From IMG/VR virus record IMGVR_UViG_3300049433_000067, positions 1 through 56,247 of that record: a DNA stretch of 56,247 bases; one strand, given 5' to 3'. Shown here in pieces: positions 44,913 to 53,351 of this stretch. The notes under the pieces were generated by a model. The model saw only the letters and a list, made by a program, of their open reading frames with translations. It ran no database searches and was not told where the DNA came from. Position 1 is the stretch's first letter. Each line of letters starts with the position of its first letter. The position numbers were made by a program, and so were the translations under genes. Origin of the DNA: a virus (Duplodnaviria; Caudoviricetes).

Positions 44913-45649
44913 CGCCCCGCCTCCACTGCGGCCGACTGCTCGGCCGCGTTCCACCGGCGGATCAGCTTGCGGCCGTAGCCGTCCTTCGTGCCCCCGACCC
45001 GGTCAAGGTCGGCACCGGTGGGTGTCCGGCCAGCGGTACGTTCCCGGTCGTAGTGCTCCCGCATGGCCCGCTCCGCCCCGCCGCGTCCGGCCGGGACCAG
45101 CTCGAGCCGACGGGCGGGACTGGCTGGCACCGCATGGCGGGCTTCGGGGCGGGCCTGCGGCCGGGACTGCGTGCGGGCCTCAGCCCGGGCCGTCGTCCGG
45201 GACCGGTCCGCGCTGACCAGTACCGCCGTGTGCACGACCGCGCCGAGCATCAACGGCGGGACAGCCGCGACCGCGACGACTACCCAAGCCCGGGCCGAGG
45301 ACGGGTCGACGTGGTAGACGGCGTTGCCGGCCATCGACGCGGCGATCGCGGCCAGCGCGTTCGCCCGCGCCCAGTCTCGGGTGCCTTTGCTGGTCCCGGA
45401 CCGCAGCCACACCCGGGTCGCGGTCGCCGCGTAGGCGTCCACCGCGATCGGGAACAGCCACGCCAGCCGCAGCGGGCCGACTTCGCCGCGCACACCGGCG
45501 AGGGCCGCGAGGCCGGCGAGGGCCGCGAACGACATGACTGCGGCCGCCGCGCCGACCACGAGCAGGCCGGTCGCCGTGGCCCGGTCACCGTGCCGGGACT
45601 GACCAGTTCCCTCACTCGGGGATACCCTTGCGGGCACAGAGGTTGTCAT
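44909..45649 (-). CDS. DUF2637 / SpdA-like membrane protein
   Basis: SFAAL..LA..AG...LAWLFPIAVD...S.AGNA..H...VAAVPP; C-terminal HTH-like segment. Confidence 0.78.
   Translation of the reverse strand: MTTSVPARVSPSEGTGQSRHGDRATATGLLVVGAAAAVMSFAALAGLAALAGVRGEVGPLRLAWLFPIAVDAYAATATRVWLRSGTSKGTRDWARANALAAIAASMAGNAVYHVDPSSARAWVVVAVAAVPPLMLGAVVHTAVLVSADRSRTTARAEARTQSRPQARPEARHAVPASPARRLELVPAGRGGAERAMREHYDRERTAGRTPTGADLDRVGGTKDGYGRKLIRRWNAAEQSAAVEAGR
45091..45204. repeat. 8-bp motif SCGGG(A/C)CY array, candidate clt/TRS
   Basis: Copies at 45137, 45149, 45161, 45173, 45185, 45197 (12-bp period), plus 45114 and 45091. Confidence 0.55.
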
Positions 45650-45725
45650 ACCGGCGACGGTATGTAGCCGCTGGCGCGGGCGGGACTGACCAGAAGTGCC
45701 GCTCTAGTCGAGGAGACGTGACGCG

Positions 45726-46781
45726 GTGGCCACATCCGGGCGTAAACCACTCACCGGGGGTGAGGCCCTGTCCGGACGGATCGCCGGAACGGTACTTCAG
45801 GCGGTCCGGCAGGCCGCCGGGCTGACCCAGGCGGACCTCGCCGAGCACGCCGCGACGGGCCTCACCACGGTGCAGGGATGGGAGTCGGGACGCCGCCCGC
45901 TGATCAACGTCCGGCACGCGGAACTGGGCCGGCTCCGGAGGCTGCTGCAGACGAGCGGCGCCGACCCGAAGTTGCTGCGGCTCCTCGACCCGGCGCTGAC
46001 CGCCGACACGATCCTCGCCGAGATCAGCACCCCCGACCCGGAGCTGCATCCGCTCGCGCTGCTCGTCCCCGACCGCACGCTGACCGAGCTGCTGGCGTGG
46101 CCAATCACCGGCACCCCACCACGGCAGCTCCGCGACACCCGCGCACACCTACCAGTCGGCGCCGGCGTACGTGAGCATCTCGTCGCCCAACTGCGGGAGC
46201 TCGCCGAACGCGCCCCCGCCTCCACGACGGCCGGGGCGATGCTGCGCCGGCAGGCCCAGTTCCTCATCGCCAGCCACCCCGGGTTCCGGGAATGGGCCAC
46301 CGACGCGATCCGGGCAGACCTACGCCGAGCCAGCCTCGGCGACTGGTCCGTGCAGTGGCCAGTCGCCCGCTCCCATGCCGTCTCATCGGCGATCGCCGGC
46401 GACCTTGAGCCGCTGCACCGGTTCGCCGACGAAGGCCTAGCCACCGAGCAGGGCACCGCAGCGAACCTCACCTACTGGGCGTACTGGGTCGGTGAGATCA
46501 GCGGTCAGTGGGCCAACGACTCGGAGATGCTCCGCGACCAGGCCTGGTCTGGTGAGACGCTGCTGGAATCGCTCACCGAGGGCATCGTCAACGCGCCGTA
46601 CCGGGAGCTGTGCGCGCACACGTTGTGGGCTTTGATCCGGGTCAAGCGTGGACTGGTAGCTAGCCCGGGCGCGGCCGCGAAGATCGGAACAGCGATCGAC
46701 GCTGCCCTAGCTGACGGTATGGTCCCCGAAGCGGCCCGCCGGAAGCTGGAGCAGGTCGACTACCTCGTGAGGAGCCGCTGA
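45726..46781 (+). CDS. XRE-family HTH regulator with a large C-terminal domain
   Basis: VRQAAGLTQADLAE...TTVQGWESGRRPL; GAGGAG RBS; divergent from the transfer operon. Confidence 0.82.
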   Translation: MATSGRKPLTGGEALSGRIAGTVLQAVRQAAGLTQADLAEHAATGLTTVQGWESGRRPLINVRHAELGRLRRLLQTSGADPKLLRLLDPALTADTILAEISTPDPELHPLALLVPDRTLTELLAWPITGTPPRQLRDTRAHLPVGAGVREHLVAQLRELAERAPASTTAGAMLRRQAQFLIASHPGFREWATDAIRADLRRASLGDWSVQWPVARSHAVSSAIAGDLEPLHRFADEGLATEQGTAANLTYWAYWVGEISGQWANDSEMLRDQAWSGETLLESLTEGIVNAPYRELCAHTLWALIRVKRGLVASPGAAAKIGTAIDAALADGMVPEAARRKLEQVDYLVRSR

Positions 46782-47380
46782 TGGACGACGCCGCGATCAT
46801 CGGGTTCGCCTACGAGGCCGGCTACCTGAAGCGGCTCCCCCGCGCTGGGTGGCTGCTCGGCGGTGTCCGTACGCCGGAGTCCGTCGCCGAGCATTCGTTC
46901 CGGGTCGGGGTGATCGCGTACGCGCTGGCCGTCCAGGAGGGCGGCAACCCGGACCGTGCCGCGGCTCTCGGCCTGTTCCATGACCTGCCCGAGACCCGGA
47001 TCGGTGACGTGCCCTCCGTCGGGCGCGGCTACGTCACCACCACCCGGCCGCACTCGATCATCCTCGACCAGGTCGCAGGCCTCCCCGACGAGCTGGCCTC
47101 GCATATCGTGGCGCTCGTCGACGAGCATGAGTCGGCGAAGACGGCGCAGGCGACCCTCGAAGCACGCTGCTCACGCGACGCGGACAAGCTCGACTGCCTG
47201 CTGCAGGCACGGGAGTACGAAGCCGAGGGGTACCGGCAGTTGGGGCCGTGGGTGTCGACGATGGTGAGCGCGGTGACGACCGAGACCGGTAAGCGGCTCG
47301 CTGTCGCGGCGCAGGAGATCCCGTCGAGCGTCTGGTGGGACCGGTTCGCCGCCTCCTACGGCATGACCCGGGAGGGCTGA
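46781..47380 (+). CDS. HD-domain hydrolase (YfbR/HDDC2-like 5'-deoxynucleotidase)
   Basis: LKRLPRAGW, ESVAEHS, FHDLPE.RIGD, DADKL; TGATG-coupled to the XRE gene. Confidence 0.9.
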   Translation: MDDAAIIGFAYEAGYLKRLPRAGWLLGGVRTPESVAEHSFRVGVIAYALAVQEGGNPDRAAALGLFHDLPETRIGDVPSVGRGYVTTTRPHSIILDQVAGLPDELASHIVALVDEHESAKTAQATLEARCSRDADKLDCLLQAREYEAEGYRQLGPWVSTMVSAVTTETGKRLAVAAQEIPSSVWWDRFAASYGMTREG

Positions 47381-47383
47381 GCA

Positions 47384-47632
47384 GTGGCTGCGAAACGCGT
47401 GACGCTGCGCCTGTACTGGCGGAAAACCAAGCAGGCCGAGGTCGACACGAACATCGACCTGGGCGACGAGAAGTACCTGCGGGAGAAGCTCGAGGAGATG
47501 GTGCTGGCGAAGCGCGGCACCCTGAAGCTGGACCTGTCGGAGTATTCGATGGTGGTGCATAAGCCGGGTGGCGGTGCGATCCAGCGGCGTGTGCTGGTGT
47601 TGCCGTCCGGCGCTACGCAGATCAAGCGCTGA
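47384..47632 (+). CDS. Hypothetical basic protein
   Basis: GGAGG RBS; third gene of the + strand operon. Confidence 0.6.
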   Translation: MAAKRVTLRLYWRKTKQAEVDTNIDLGDEKYLREKLEEMVLAKRGTLKLDLSEYSMVVHKPGGGAIQRRVLVLPSGATQIKR

Positions 47633-47653
47633 CCTTAGGCCGGACACACTGAT

Positions 47654-47697
47654 AGCGCCCCACCCAGATCCTCGCGAGAGGACCCGAGTGGGGCGCT
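47654..47697. terminator. Bidirectional terminator between convergent operons
   Basis: agcgccccac / gtggggcgct 10-bp inverted repeat. Confidence 0.65.
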
Positions 47698-47728
47698 TAA
47701 GTGTGTGTGGTGGGTCAGAAGTAGCTGA

Positions 47729-49471
47729 TCACGAGAGGGCCGCCCAATGGCAGAACGTATTGTCTAACGCCAGGGTGCCGAGAGTGCCCGGCATCGTCGT
47801 CGTCCGGCCGGTGTTGACCGAATCGCGCGTGAACCTAGCTGATGCGGCAGCGGCCTTGCCATTGGCGCTGGCGCCCGACAGGGACCGCAGGAACGCCGGG
47901 CCCGTCGTCCCGTTGTAGAACACGGCAACCCACAGATCGCCGCCGCCCCATGAGATCGCGCCGCCGCTGATCGCCATCGTCTTGGAGCCCGCCACCACCC
48001 ACGCGGCTGCCTGATCAGCGGTTGTGCCGAGCAACGCTCCCGTGGCCACGCTGTACAGGGCCGCGAAGTTCTGTCCTGCTGTGAGCGTCGCGCCGATGGT
48101 GACGACGCACATCTCGATGTTGGTGATCGTGCCCGCCGGCACTCGTATCAGCCTGGTCAGCTGTACACGGCCGGCGGTGGTGAGCGCGGAGTTGTCCCGG
48201 CACGAGTTCGGGTCCTGCGTCCACGCCGAGTAGCCGAGATCTGCGGGAAGGTACGTCGAGGCGATGGGGACTTTCGCCGCGAGGTCGGCGACGAGGTTCG
48301 TGATCTGGGCTTCGGTCAGTGTCTTCGCCGAGTCCGCGGTGTTGTCGACGTTCCCGAGCCCGACGTCGCCCTTCGTGAGGACGAGATCCGTCTTCACCTG
48401 CGCCGGGGTGCGGACAGACCACGCGGACGCCTTGGCCTGCATGATGCCGTCAGTGGTGGCCGTGAGGCTCGCGATGGTGGTCAGGTCCGAATCGAGGGGT
48501 TGCTTGGCGGCCAGGTCGCTGACCAAGCCAGTGATCTGCGATTCGGTGAACGTCTTCGATGCGTCGGCCGTGTTGTCCACGTTGCCGAGGCCAACGTCGG
48601 CTTTCACGAGGCCGAGCGCGGTCTTGAACTGGGCGTAGGTTTTCTTGATCCACCCGGCCCCGTCAGACGCGATCGACCCCGCCGTGGACGCATCCAGGGC
48701 GGCGATCGCGGTCAGGTCAGAATCGAGCGGCTGCCGCGCCGCAAGATCGGCCGTGAGGCCGGTTACCTGCGACTCAACGAGCGTGACCGGGTCGCCCCCG
48801 GCCACCGCGTGCGTGGATGCGTGCGCGGTCGGCGTGCGGGCATCTGAGAGACGCGCGTCGTTACCGGCCGCAGATGTGGTGCCGGTCGAGCCGTAGGCCA
48901 CCGTGAGAGTCCGGTCCGCGGCCAGCGTGCCGCCGCCCGTGAGGCCCGTGCCGGCGATGACCTGCCGCGTCGTCGGGACCTTGGCCGCCAGGTCGGCGAC
49001 GAGGCTCGTGACGTCGCTCTCGGCATGCGTGTGGACCATGGTTGCCTTACCTGCGAGATCCGCAACCAGGCTCGTCACGTCAGACTCGGCGTGCGCGTGG
49101 ACCGTCGACGCCTTGCCGGCTAGATCGGTCGTCAGGTTCGTAACCTGCGACTCGGCCAGCGTCACCGGATCAGACCCCGCCGCCGCGTGGGTGGCCGCAT
49201 GGCTGGTCGGCGTACGCGCATCGGACAGCCGCGAGTCGCCGGTACCTACCTTCCCGGCCAGATCACTCGTGAGTCCGGTGATCTGCGACTCCGACAAGGT
49301 GACCGGGTCGGAGCCGGCGGCAGCGTGCGTGGCCGCGTGCGGGCCCCCACCGGACGGACCGGCCGGACCCGTCGCGCCGGGCGGGCCATTCATCGTGACG
49401 ACCACCGTCTCGGTGGTGTCCGACCCGACGCCGAGATCGGCAGCGGAGAGGGTGACCGTTACCGTGTCCAT
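47729..49471 (-). CDS. Tail fibre protein with internal repeats
   Basis: Repeated HAATHAAAGSDPVTL.ESQ.T.L..DLA.K, HxHAESDV, and K.DVGLGNVDNTAD fibre repeats. Confidence 0.8.
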   Translation of the reverse strand: MDTVTVTLSAADLGVGSDTTETVVVTMNGPPGATGPAGPSGGGPHAATHAAAGSDPVTLSESQITGLTSDLAGKVGTGDSRLSDARTPTSHAATHAAAGSDPVTLAESQVTNLTTDLAGKASTVHAHAESDVTSLVADLAGKATMVHTHAESDVTSLVADLAAKVPTTRQVIAGTGLTGGGTLAADRTLTVAYGSTGTTSAAGNDARLSDARTPTAHASTHAVAGGDPVTLVESQVTGLTADLAARQPLDSDLTAIAALDASTAGSIASDGAGWIKKTYAQFKTALGLVKADVGLGNVDNTADASKTFTESQITGLVSDLAAKQPLDSDLTTIASLTATTDGIMQAKASAWSVRTPAQVKTDLVLTKGDVGLGNVDNTADSAKTLTEAQITNLVADLAAKVPIASTYLPADLGYSAWTQDPNSCRDNSALTTAGRVQLTRLIRVPAGTITNIEMCVVTIGATLTAGQNFAALYSVATGALLGTTADQAAAWVVAGSKTMAISGGAISWGGGDLWVAVFYNGTTGPAFLRSLSGASANGKAAAASARFTRDSVNTGRTTTMPGTLGTLALDNTFCHWAALS

Positions 49472-49797
49472 TCGCCGCTCACCGCAATCTGGCCCCTCAG
49501 CAACGTCGTCGCCGTATCGGTCGCCTGAACGTCGAACCCCAACCCGCCTGGCATCGCCGCCGTGACGACGTCGGTCAGGGACAACACGAGGCGCCCTGTC
49601 ACCGCGTCACTGGCGTCCACCGCGAACTCGAACGCGGTCTCCGACTTCCGGGTCGTGCGAGCCTCCGCTTTCCAGGTCGAGCCGTACACGGTCAGGTCGA
49701 CCGCTGTCAGGTCGGGCTTGTTGAACTGCACCGCAACGCTGTATCTGTCGCCGCGGTACACCTGTAGCGGCGTCGGCAGCACGACGGGCAGGCTCAT
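49459..49797 (-). CDS. BppU-like / fibre adaptor protein
   Basis: Start 49797; YRGD..., DLT..., G.L.LSL, FDVQ...LLRG.I.V motif. Confidence 0.65.
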   Translation of the reverse strand: MSLPVVLPTPLQVYRGDRYSVAVQFNKPDLTAVDLTVYGSTWKAEARTTRKSETAFEFAVDASDAVTGRLVLSLTDVVTAAMPGGLGFDVQATDTATTLLRGQIAVSGEWTR

Positions 49798-50672
49798 CGG
49801 TAGCCGTTCGCGGTCTTCCACGCGTCAAACGCGCCCCGCAGTCGCCCGGCCTTCGTCAGGTGAGAGAAGATCGTCTTCTCCCATGCGTCACCCGCAGCGA
49901 CGAGCGCCGCGTCAACCGCGCTCCCGGGTATCGGGACGGGCGCCGGTGCGGGGGACGTGATCGGCACGAACTGGGTGGCGTCGCCTTCTTCGCTGAGGAG
50001 CCGGTCGTAGTCGCCGTACTCAAACGTGAAGTACCCGGCATCCCCGTAGGTGTCGCCCCACGAGTTGACGGCGCGGAACGTCTTGTCGGCGACGTCGACA
50101 CCGACGAGCTCGAACTCGTGGCCACCGCGGACGGTCGCGTCCTTCGTGATCGACACGTATCCGGACGCGTCCGGGGAGTCGAACGAGTCGTACCAATTCA
50201 CGCCAGTGATCACAGGCCCGCTCTGTAGGGCGGTGATGACAGCGTCGAGGGACATCGCGTGCTGGTACCCGGAGATCAGGCCGGCGTTCTTCGCGGCCTT
50301 CGCGACGGACAATCCGTCCGAGCCCGAGTCGGTCGGGGGATATGTGCCGGAGTAAGAATCGAGCTTCGTGGCCGCGCTGTACAGCAGCACGGCCTCGGCC
50401 TCGTCCAGCGTCATCCCGACCTGCACATCCGCCTGCAGCGACGTCCAGAACGGGTCAGTGCCGAGCACCCCGCACGCCGCGTTGCCCGTGCACGAGCCGA
50501 GGTTCCCCTGGTCGAGCACGGGTGTCTTGCGGTCCCACACGACCGACTGAGCGAGCGCCGCGCGCGGCTTCACCTGATACGCGCGCGAACGCGGGTCGTG
50601 GTGGACGTGGCGGCCGAGGCGTTTCCCGTCGACCTGGAACTCGACGATGACCCGCCGGTGCAGATCGATCAC
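49794..50672 (-). CDS. Papain-like (C1) cysteine peptidase
   Basis: DQGNLGSCT (Gln/Cys), GGHE (His), NSWG (Asn). Confidence 0.88.
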   Translation of the reverse strand: MIDLHRRVIVEFQVDGKRLGRHVHHDPRSRAYQVKPRAALAQSVVWDRKTPVLDQGNLGSCTGNAACGVLGTDPFWTSLQADVQVGMTLDEAEAVLLYSAATKLDSYSGTYPPTDSGSDGLSVAKAAKNAGLISGYQHAMSLDAVITALQSGPVITGVNWYDSFDSPDASGYVSITKDATVRGGHEFELVGVDVADKTFRAVNSWGDTYGDAGYFTFEYGDYDRLLSEEGDATQFVPITSPAPAPVPIPGSAVDAALVAAGDAWEKTIFSHLTKAGRLRGAFDAWKTANGYR

Positions 50673-50673
50673 G

Positions 50674-51120
50674 TCAGGCAGCCAGTGCGTGATCGGCGCG
50701 GGTGGGGAGCAGAGACGCGCCTTCCGACCACGGCGCCGCGAGCGACGCGAGGGACTTCAACAGGGCAGCGATCATCGTCGGCAACGCCACCGCGAGCGCA
50801 GCTTTCCAGTCGGCGTGCACCACGGAGTGGGTCATCGTGTCGGCGGCGAGCACCGCGAAGAACGACTGCAACCCCGTCTTGATCGTCCGCCACGCCACAT
50901 CAGCTGCGACGGGAAGTTTCGGGACGGCGAAGGTGAGGATCGAGGTGATCAGCGACAGGATCGCGGCGAACCCCGCCACATCGGCGGCGAGCCCCCACTG
51001 CTGGTAGGACACGAGCCCAGCGGAGCCGGTGGCGAGGAGCAGCACCACGAACTGCTGCACGAACGTCGACCCTGCCCGCTCGAGCGGGTCGAGCACGTAG
51101 CTCTGCACGAACGGTGACAT
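50674..51120 (-). CDS. Holin (tandem r1t-like domains)
   Basis: LERAGSTFVQ and WRTIKTGLQ halves; directly after the endolysin. Confidence 0.8.
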   Translation of the reverse strand: MSPFVQSYVLDPLERAGSTFVQQFVVLLLATGSAGLVSYQQWGLAADVAGFAAILSLITSILTFAVPKLPVAADVAWRTIKTGLQSFFAVLAADTMTHSVVHADWKAALAVALPTMIAALLKSLASLAAPWSEGASLLPTRADHALAA

Positions 51121-51129
51121 GCCGGTCTC

Positions 51130-51966
51130 CTAGGGGGTGTTGTCGACGGAGCCGAGCACCGTGCGGAGCGCGGCCTCGAGCTCGGCTTGCGGGATATTCA
51201 GGTTCGGCAGAGCGGCGACGAGCAGCGGCGTCAACGCGGCGGCGAACCCGGCCGGGGTGAGCGCGCCGACCCGCTGCGCGACCGTCGCGGTTTGGGTGGC
51301 GGCGGCGACGACCCGGCCCCGGGTGTCGTTCAGGATCTCGGCGAGGGTGCCGTTGTACGGGCTGACACCGCGGGTGATCACAGCTGTCGCCACGTCCTTG
51401 GCGAGGGCGTCCTGGTCGGCCTTCGGCCAATCGGTGTAGGGCATGTCGTCGTCTCCTCCGTTAGGTGGGGTTCCGTGGGCGGCGGCGAGCATCGCCGACC
51501 GCTGGTCGCGGCGGACACCTGGGCACGCCGAGTGGCCCCAGTCGAAGCCATGCGCCGCGCCCATGCCGTGCCAACCAAAGCCGCGCTGGCCGGGGACCTC
51601 GGCCAGCTGTAGCGGGATGTCGTGGGTGGCTTTCGCCCATGCGAGGATCCCGCCGATAGCGGCTATCTGCGCGGGAGTGGCTAGCTCCGATGCGAGGCCC
51701 TGCGACTCGATCGACAGGTAGGTGTCGTTGCCGTCTTTCTGGCACCACGACGAATACTGGGTGTCGATGTACTGCCAGACGGTGCCGTCCTTCGCGACCT
51801 GGAAGTGGCAGGACATTCCGTTGTCGCCGGTGATCCACCCGTACAGGTCGCGGGACTGAGCGTCGTTGACGTGCAGTACGACACCGAGGTGGGCTTGCAT
51901 CACGCCGTTGCTGAAGTTCCCGGGCGCGCCGACGTCACGCCAGATGGCTTTCGGGTATCTGGCCAT
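51130..51966 (-). CDS. Endolysin, N-acetylmuramoyl-L-alanine amidase
   Basis: Start 51966; VVLH, SCHFQV..DG...QY, SIES, GWH, HSACPG. Confidence 0.9.
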   Translation of the reverse strand: MARYPKAIWRDVGAPGNFSNGVMQAHLGVVLHVNDAQSRDLYGWITGDNGMSCHFQVAKDGTVWQYIDTQYSSWCQKDGNDTYLSIESQGLASELATPAQIAAIGGILAWAKATHDIPLQLAEVPGQRGFGWHGMGAAHGFDWGHSACPGVRRDQRSAMLAAAHGTPPNGGDDDMPYTDWPKADQDALAKDVATAVITRGVSPYNGTLAEILNDTRGRVVAAATQTATVAQRVGALTPAGFAAALTPLLVAALPNLNIPQAELEAALRTVLGSVDNTP

Positions 51967-52688
51967 CAGGGGCTTGCCGGTGGTGAGGTGCAGATGATCA
52001 CGGAGCCTCCGTCGAGTTGCGGCTGAGCGGTGGGGGTGTAGCCGGGCCCGCATTCGGGGCCTGCGGGTCCGGACGGCCCGCTCGGTCCGGGGTCGCCCTG
52101 CGGCCCTGTCGCGCCGTCGGTTCCGTTGGTGCCGTCTTTCCCATCAGCGCCGGCCGGCCCGGTCGGGCCTTGGGCGCCTTCAGGGCCGGTGACGGACGAG
52201 CCCGACGGGCCGGCTGGCCCGGTGACCGATGTGCCGTCGGCGCCACGCACGCCGGGCAACCCCTGCGGACCGATGTGGCCGGTGTCGCCCTTCGGGCCTT
52301 GCGGACCCTGCGGCCCGACGAGCGGCACCGTCACGGTCTGCGTGACGGTCGGCACCGGCACCTGCGAACTGGGCGTCGGCACTGGTGGGAGGTTGTTCGC
52401 CTTCAGCCGGCCGTTGGCTTGGTTCGCGACGCCCTGCGCCTGCGCGGCGGCGACGCATCCGGCGCGTTTGTCGTCCACCTTGCACGGTTCGTTCACGGCA
52501 CGGTCGGTCGCCTTCGACGCTGACTGCAGATATACGACGATCCCGGCGAGCACCACGGCGAGGATGATCAGCGCAATCCACACGGCCCGGTCCCGCCAGA
52601 ACGGCTCGGCCGGCCCGGTGTGCTTGCCGCCGATACGGTCCAGATCCTCGGGCGGCAGTGATTCCGGGATCGGGGGGAACTCAGTCAT
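51966..52688 (-). CDS. Membrane-anchored collagen-like protein
   Basis: TM helix followed by Gly-X-Y repeats. Confidence 0.8.
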   Translation of the reverse strand: MTEFPPIPESLPPEDLDRIGGKHTGPAEPFWRDRAVWIALIILAVVLAGIVVYLQSASKATDRAVNEPCKVDDKRAGCVAAAQAQGVANQANGRLKANNLPPVPTPSSQVPVPTVTQTVTVPLVGPQGPQGPKGDTGHIGPQGLPGVRGADGTSVTGPAGPSGSSVTGPEGAQGPTGPAGADGKDGTNGTDGATGPQGDPGPSGPSGPAGPECGPGYTPTAQPQLDGGSVIICTSPPASP

Positions 52689-53007
52689 GGGGGGCCTTCG
52701 GCAGTTGCGGCAGCCGCTGCTGCTCGCATTCGTCCCACCGTTTGCGGAACATCTCGGCCCGGTTCTCTGCGCGGGTCACCCGCGACTGGAGCCGCTCCAT
52801 CTCCGGGACGACGAACTTCTCGCGGTACTCCTGGATGGCTTCCTCGGACGTGGCCCGGTTGTGTTTGCGCTGCGTCGCCTTCGACGGCTTCGCGCGCCGT
52901 GTCGTGATCAACGCGACCAGCACCCCGCCGAGCGCGGTGAACAGTGCACCTATCGCGATCCACAAGCTTCCCGAGTTCGCGTCGAGAGCAGCGTCGGCTA
53001 GCCACAC
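52681..53007 (-). CDS. Membrane protein (lysis cassette)
   Basis: N-terminal TM + coiled coil. Confidence 0.6.
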   Translation of the reverse strand: MWLADAALDANSGSLWIAIGALFTALGGVLVALITTRRAKPSKATQRKHNRATSEEAIQEYREKFVVPEMERLQSRVTRAENRAEMFRKRWDECEQQRLPQLPKAPHD

Positions 53008-53041
53008 TGGTCACCCCTGCCCGCTCTGTGCTGGTCGGTGC

Positions 53042-53347
53042 TCAATGGACGAGGACCAGGGCGACGGCGAGGCAGGCGGCGACGAGCCAGCCGACGAGGC
53101 CCACGAGGCGGACGATGTGAGACCACTTCGTCTCGACCTGGTCGCGGCGTTCCTGGTCGGCTTCCTTCACGCCGGCAGCTGTAGCGTCTCGTGATGTCAC
53201 CGCGCGAGTCAGCTCGTGCATCTCCGTGGCGAGGTCCGCCAGGTGACCGTTGATCTTGTTGAAGTGCTCGTCGTGGCCCTTGAGCCGTTCGAGGATGCCG
53301 CCGGCTTCGACGCCGCGCCCGTACTCGTCCTGCGGGGACTCAGCCAT
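53042..53347 (-). CDS. Coiled-coil membrane protein
   Basis: Coiled coil + C-terminal TM. Confidence 0.6.
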   Translation of the reverse strand: MAESPQDEYGRGVEAGGILERLKGHDEHFNKINGHLADLATEMHELTRAVTSRDATAAGVKEADQERRDQVETKWSHIVRLVGLVGWLVAACLAVALVLVH

Positions 53348-53351
53348 CGGC

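Noticed and set aside
52040-52320. 9-bp-periodic DNA repeats
   Set aside because: Explained by collagen Gly-X-Y coding
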